64,000 nucleotides of DNA from an uncultured virus (IMG/VR IMGVR_UViG_3300033463_005796) (Duplodnaviria > Heunggongvirae > Uroviricota > Caudoviricetes): IMG/VR virus record IMGVR_UViG_3300033463_005796. One strand, given 5' to 3'. A program made the position numbers and the translations under genes. Within the stretch, counting starts at the first letter, position 1. Each line of letters starts with the position of its first letter. Below are positions 63,988-64,000 of the stretch, one piece after another. The notes beneath the pieces are model-generated. The model had not been told where the DNA came from, did not search any database, and worked only from the letters and a program-made list of their open reading frames with translations.

Positions 63988-64000
63988 GCGTGCGTGGGGC

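Noticed and set aside
1..64000. Stop-codon recoding as in some large phages
   Set aside because: Recognisable genes are full length in code 11, end in TAA, TAG or TGA, and no suppressor anticodon (CTA, TTA, TCA) was found
1..64000. Assigning a host taxon
   Set aside because: Cannot be supported without database searches

Overview
This window looks like a 64-kb piece of a large (jumbo-type) dsDNA phage genome using the standard genetic code. (1) 1-6.3 kb, + strand, very AT-rich: a tail-associated protein, two BspA/LRR_5 leucine-rich-repeat proteins and a small accessory gene. (2) 6.3-37 kb, - strand: DUF2201/VWA protein and MoxR-like AAA ATPase, DnaJ, a nicotinamidase-like hydrolase, a DUF2828 (TROVE/Ro60-like VWA) protein with upstream structured RNAs, a Thg1-like protein, a sigma-70 factor, two ATP-dependent RNA ligases, an NAD-dependent DNA ligase split into two distant genes, and a large tRNA array with two homing-endonuclease-like genes. 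(3) 37-64 kb, - strand: dozens of small early-type genes behind a repeated CTGCYA-N17-TATAAT promoter/stem-loop cassette, with two more tRNA/ncRNA clusters; GC rises to the right. The most striking signal is in the RNA genes. I read 28 intact tRNAs covering 18 amino acids. The two missing ones, Tyr and Lys, are present only as genes broken inside the anticodon: tRNA-Tyr has a complete tRNA-Asp nested in its anticodon, and tRNA-Lys (plus an Ile-like tRNA) is circularly permuted, with its 3' half starting right after the CCA of the preceding tRNA. There is also a set of tRNA mimics (a head-to-head double tRNA, anticodon-less forms, a YrlA-like RNA) and five CAGCAA-stem RNAs tied to the DUF2828 gene. 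Together with the RNA ligases, Thg1-like protein, kinase and phosphoesterases, this suggests a phage tRNA assembly/repair/decoy system. All calls are by eye from motifs and base pairing; no database searches or folding programs were run. Starts of hypothetical genes mostly follow the ORF track and may be too long.
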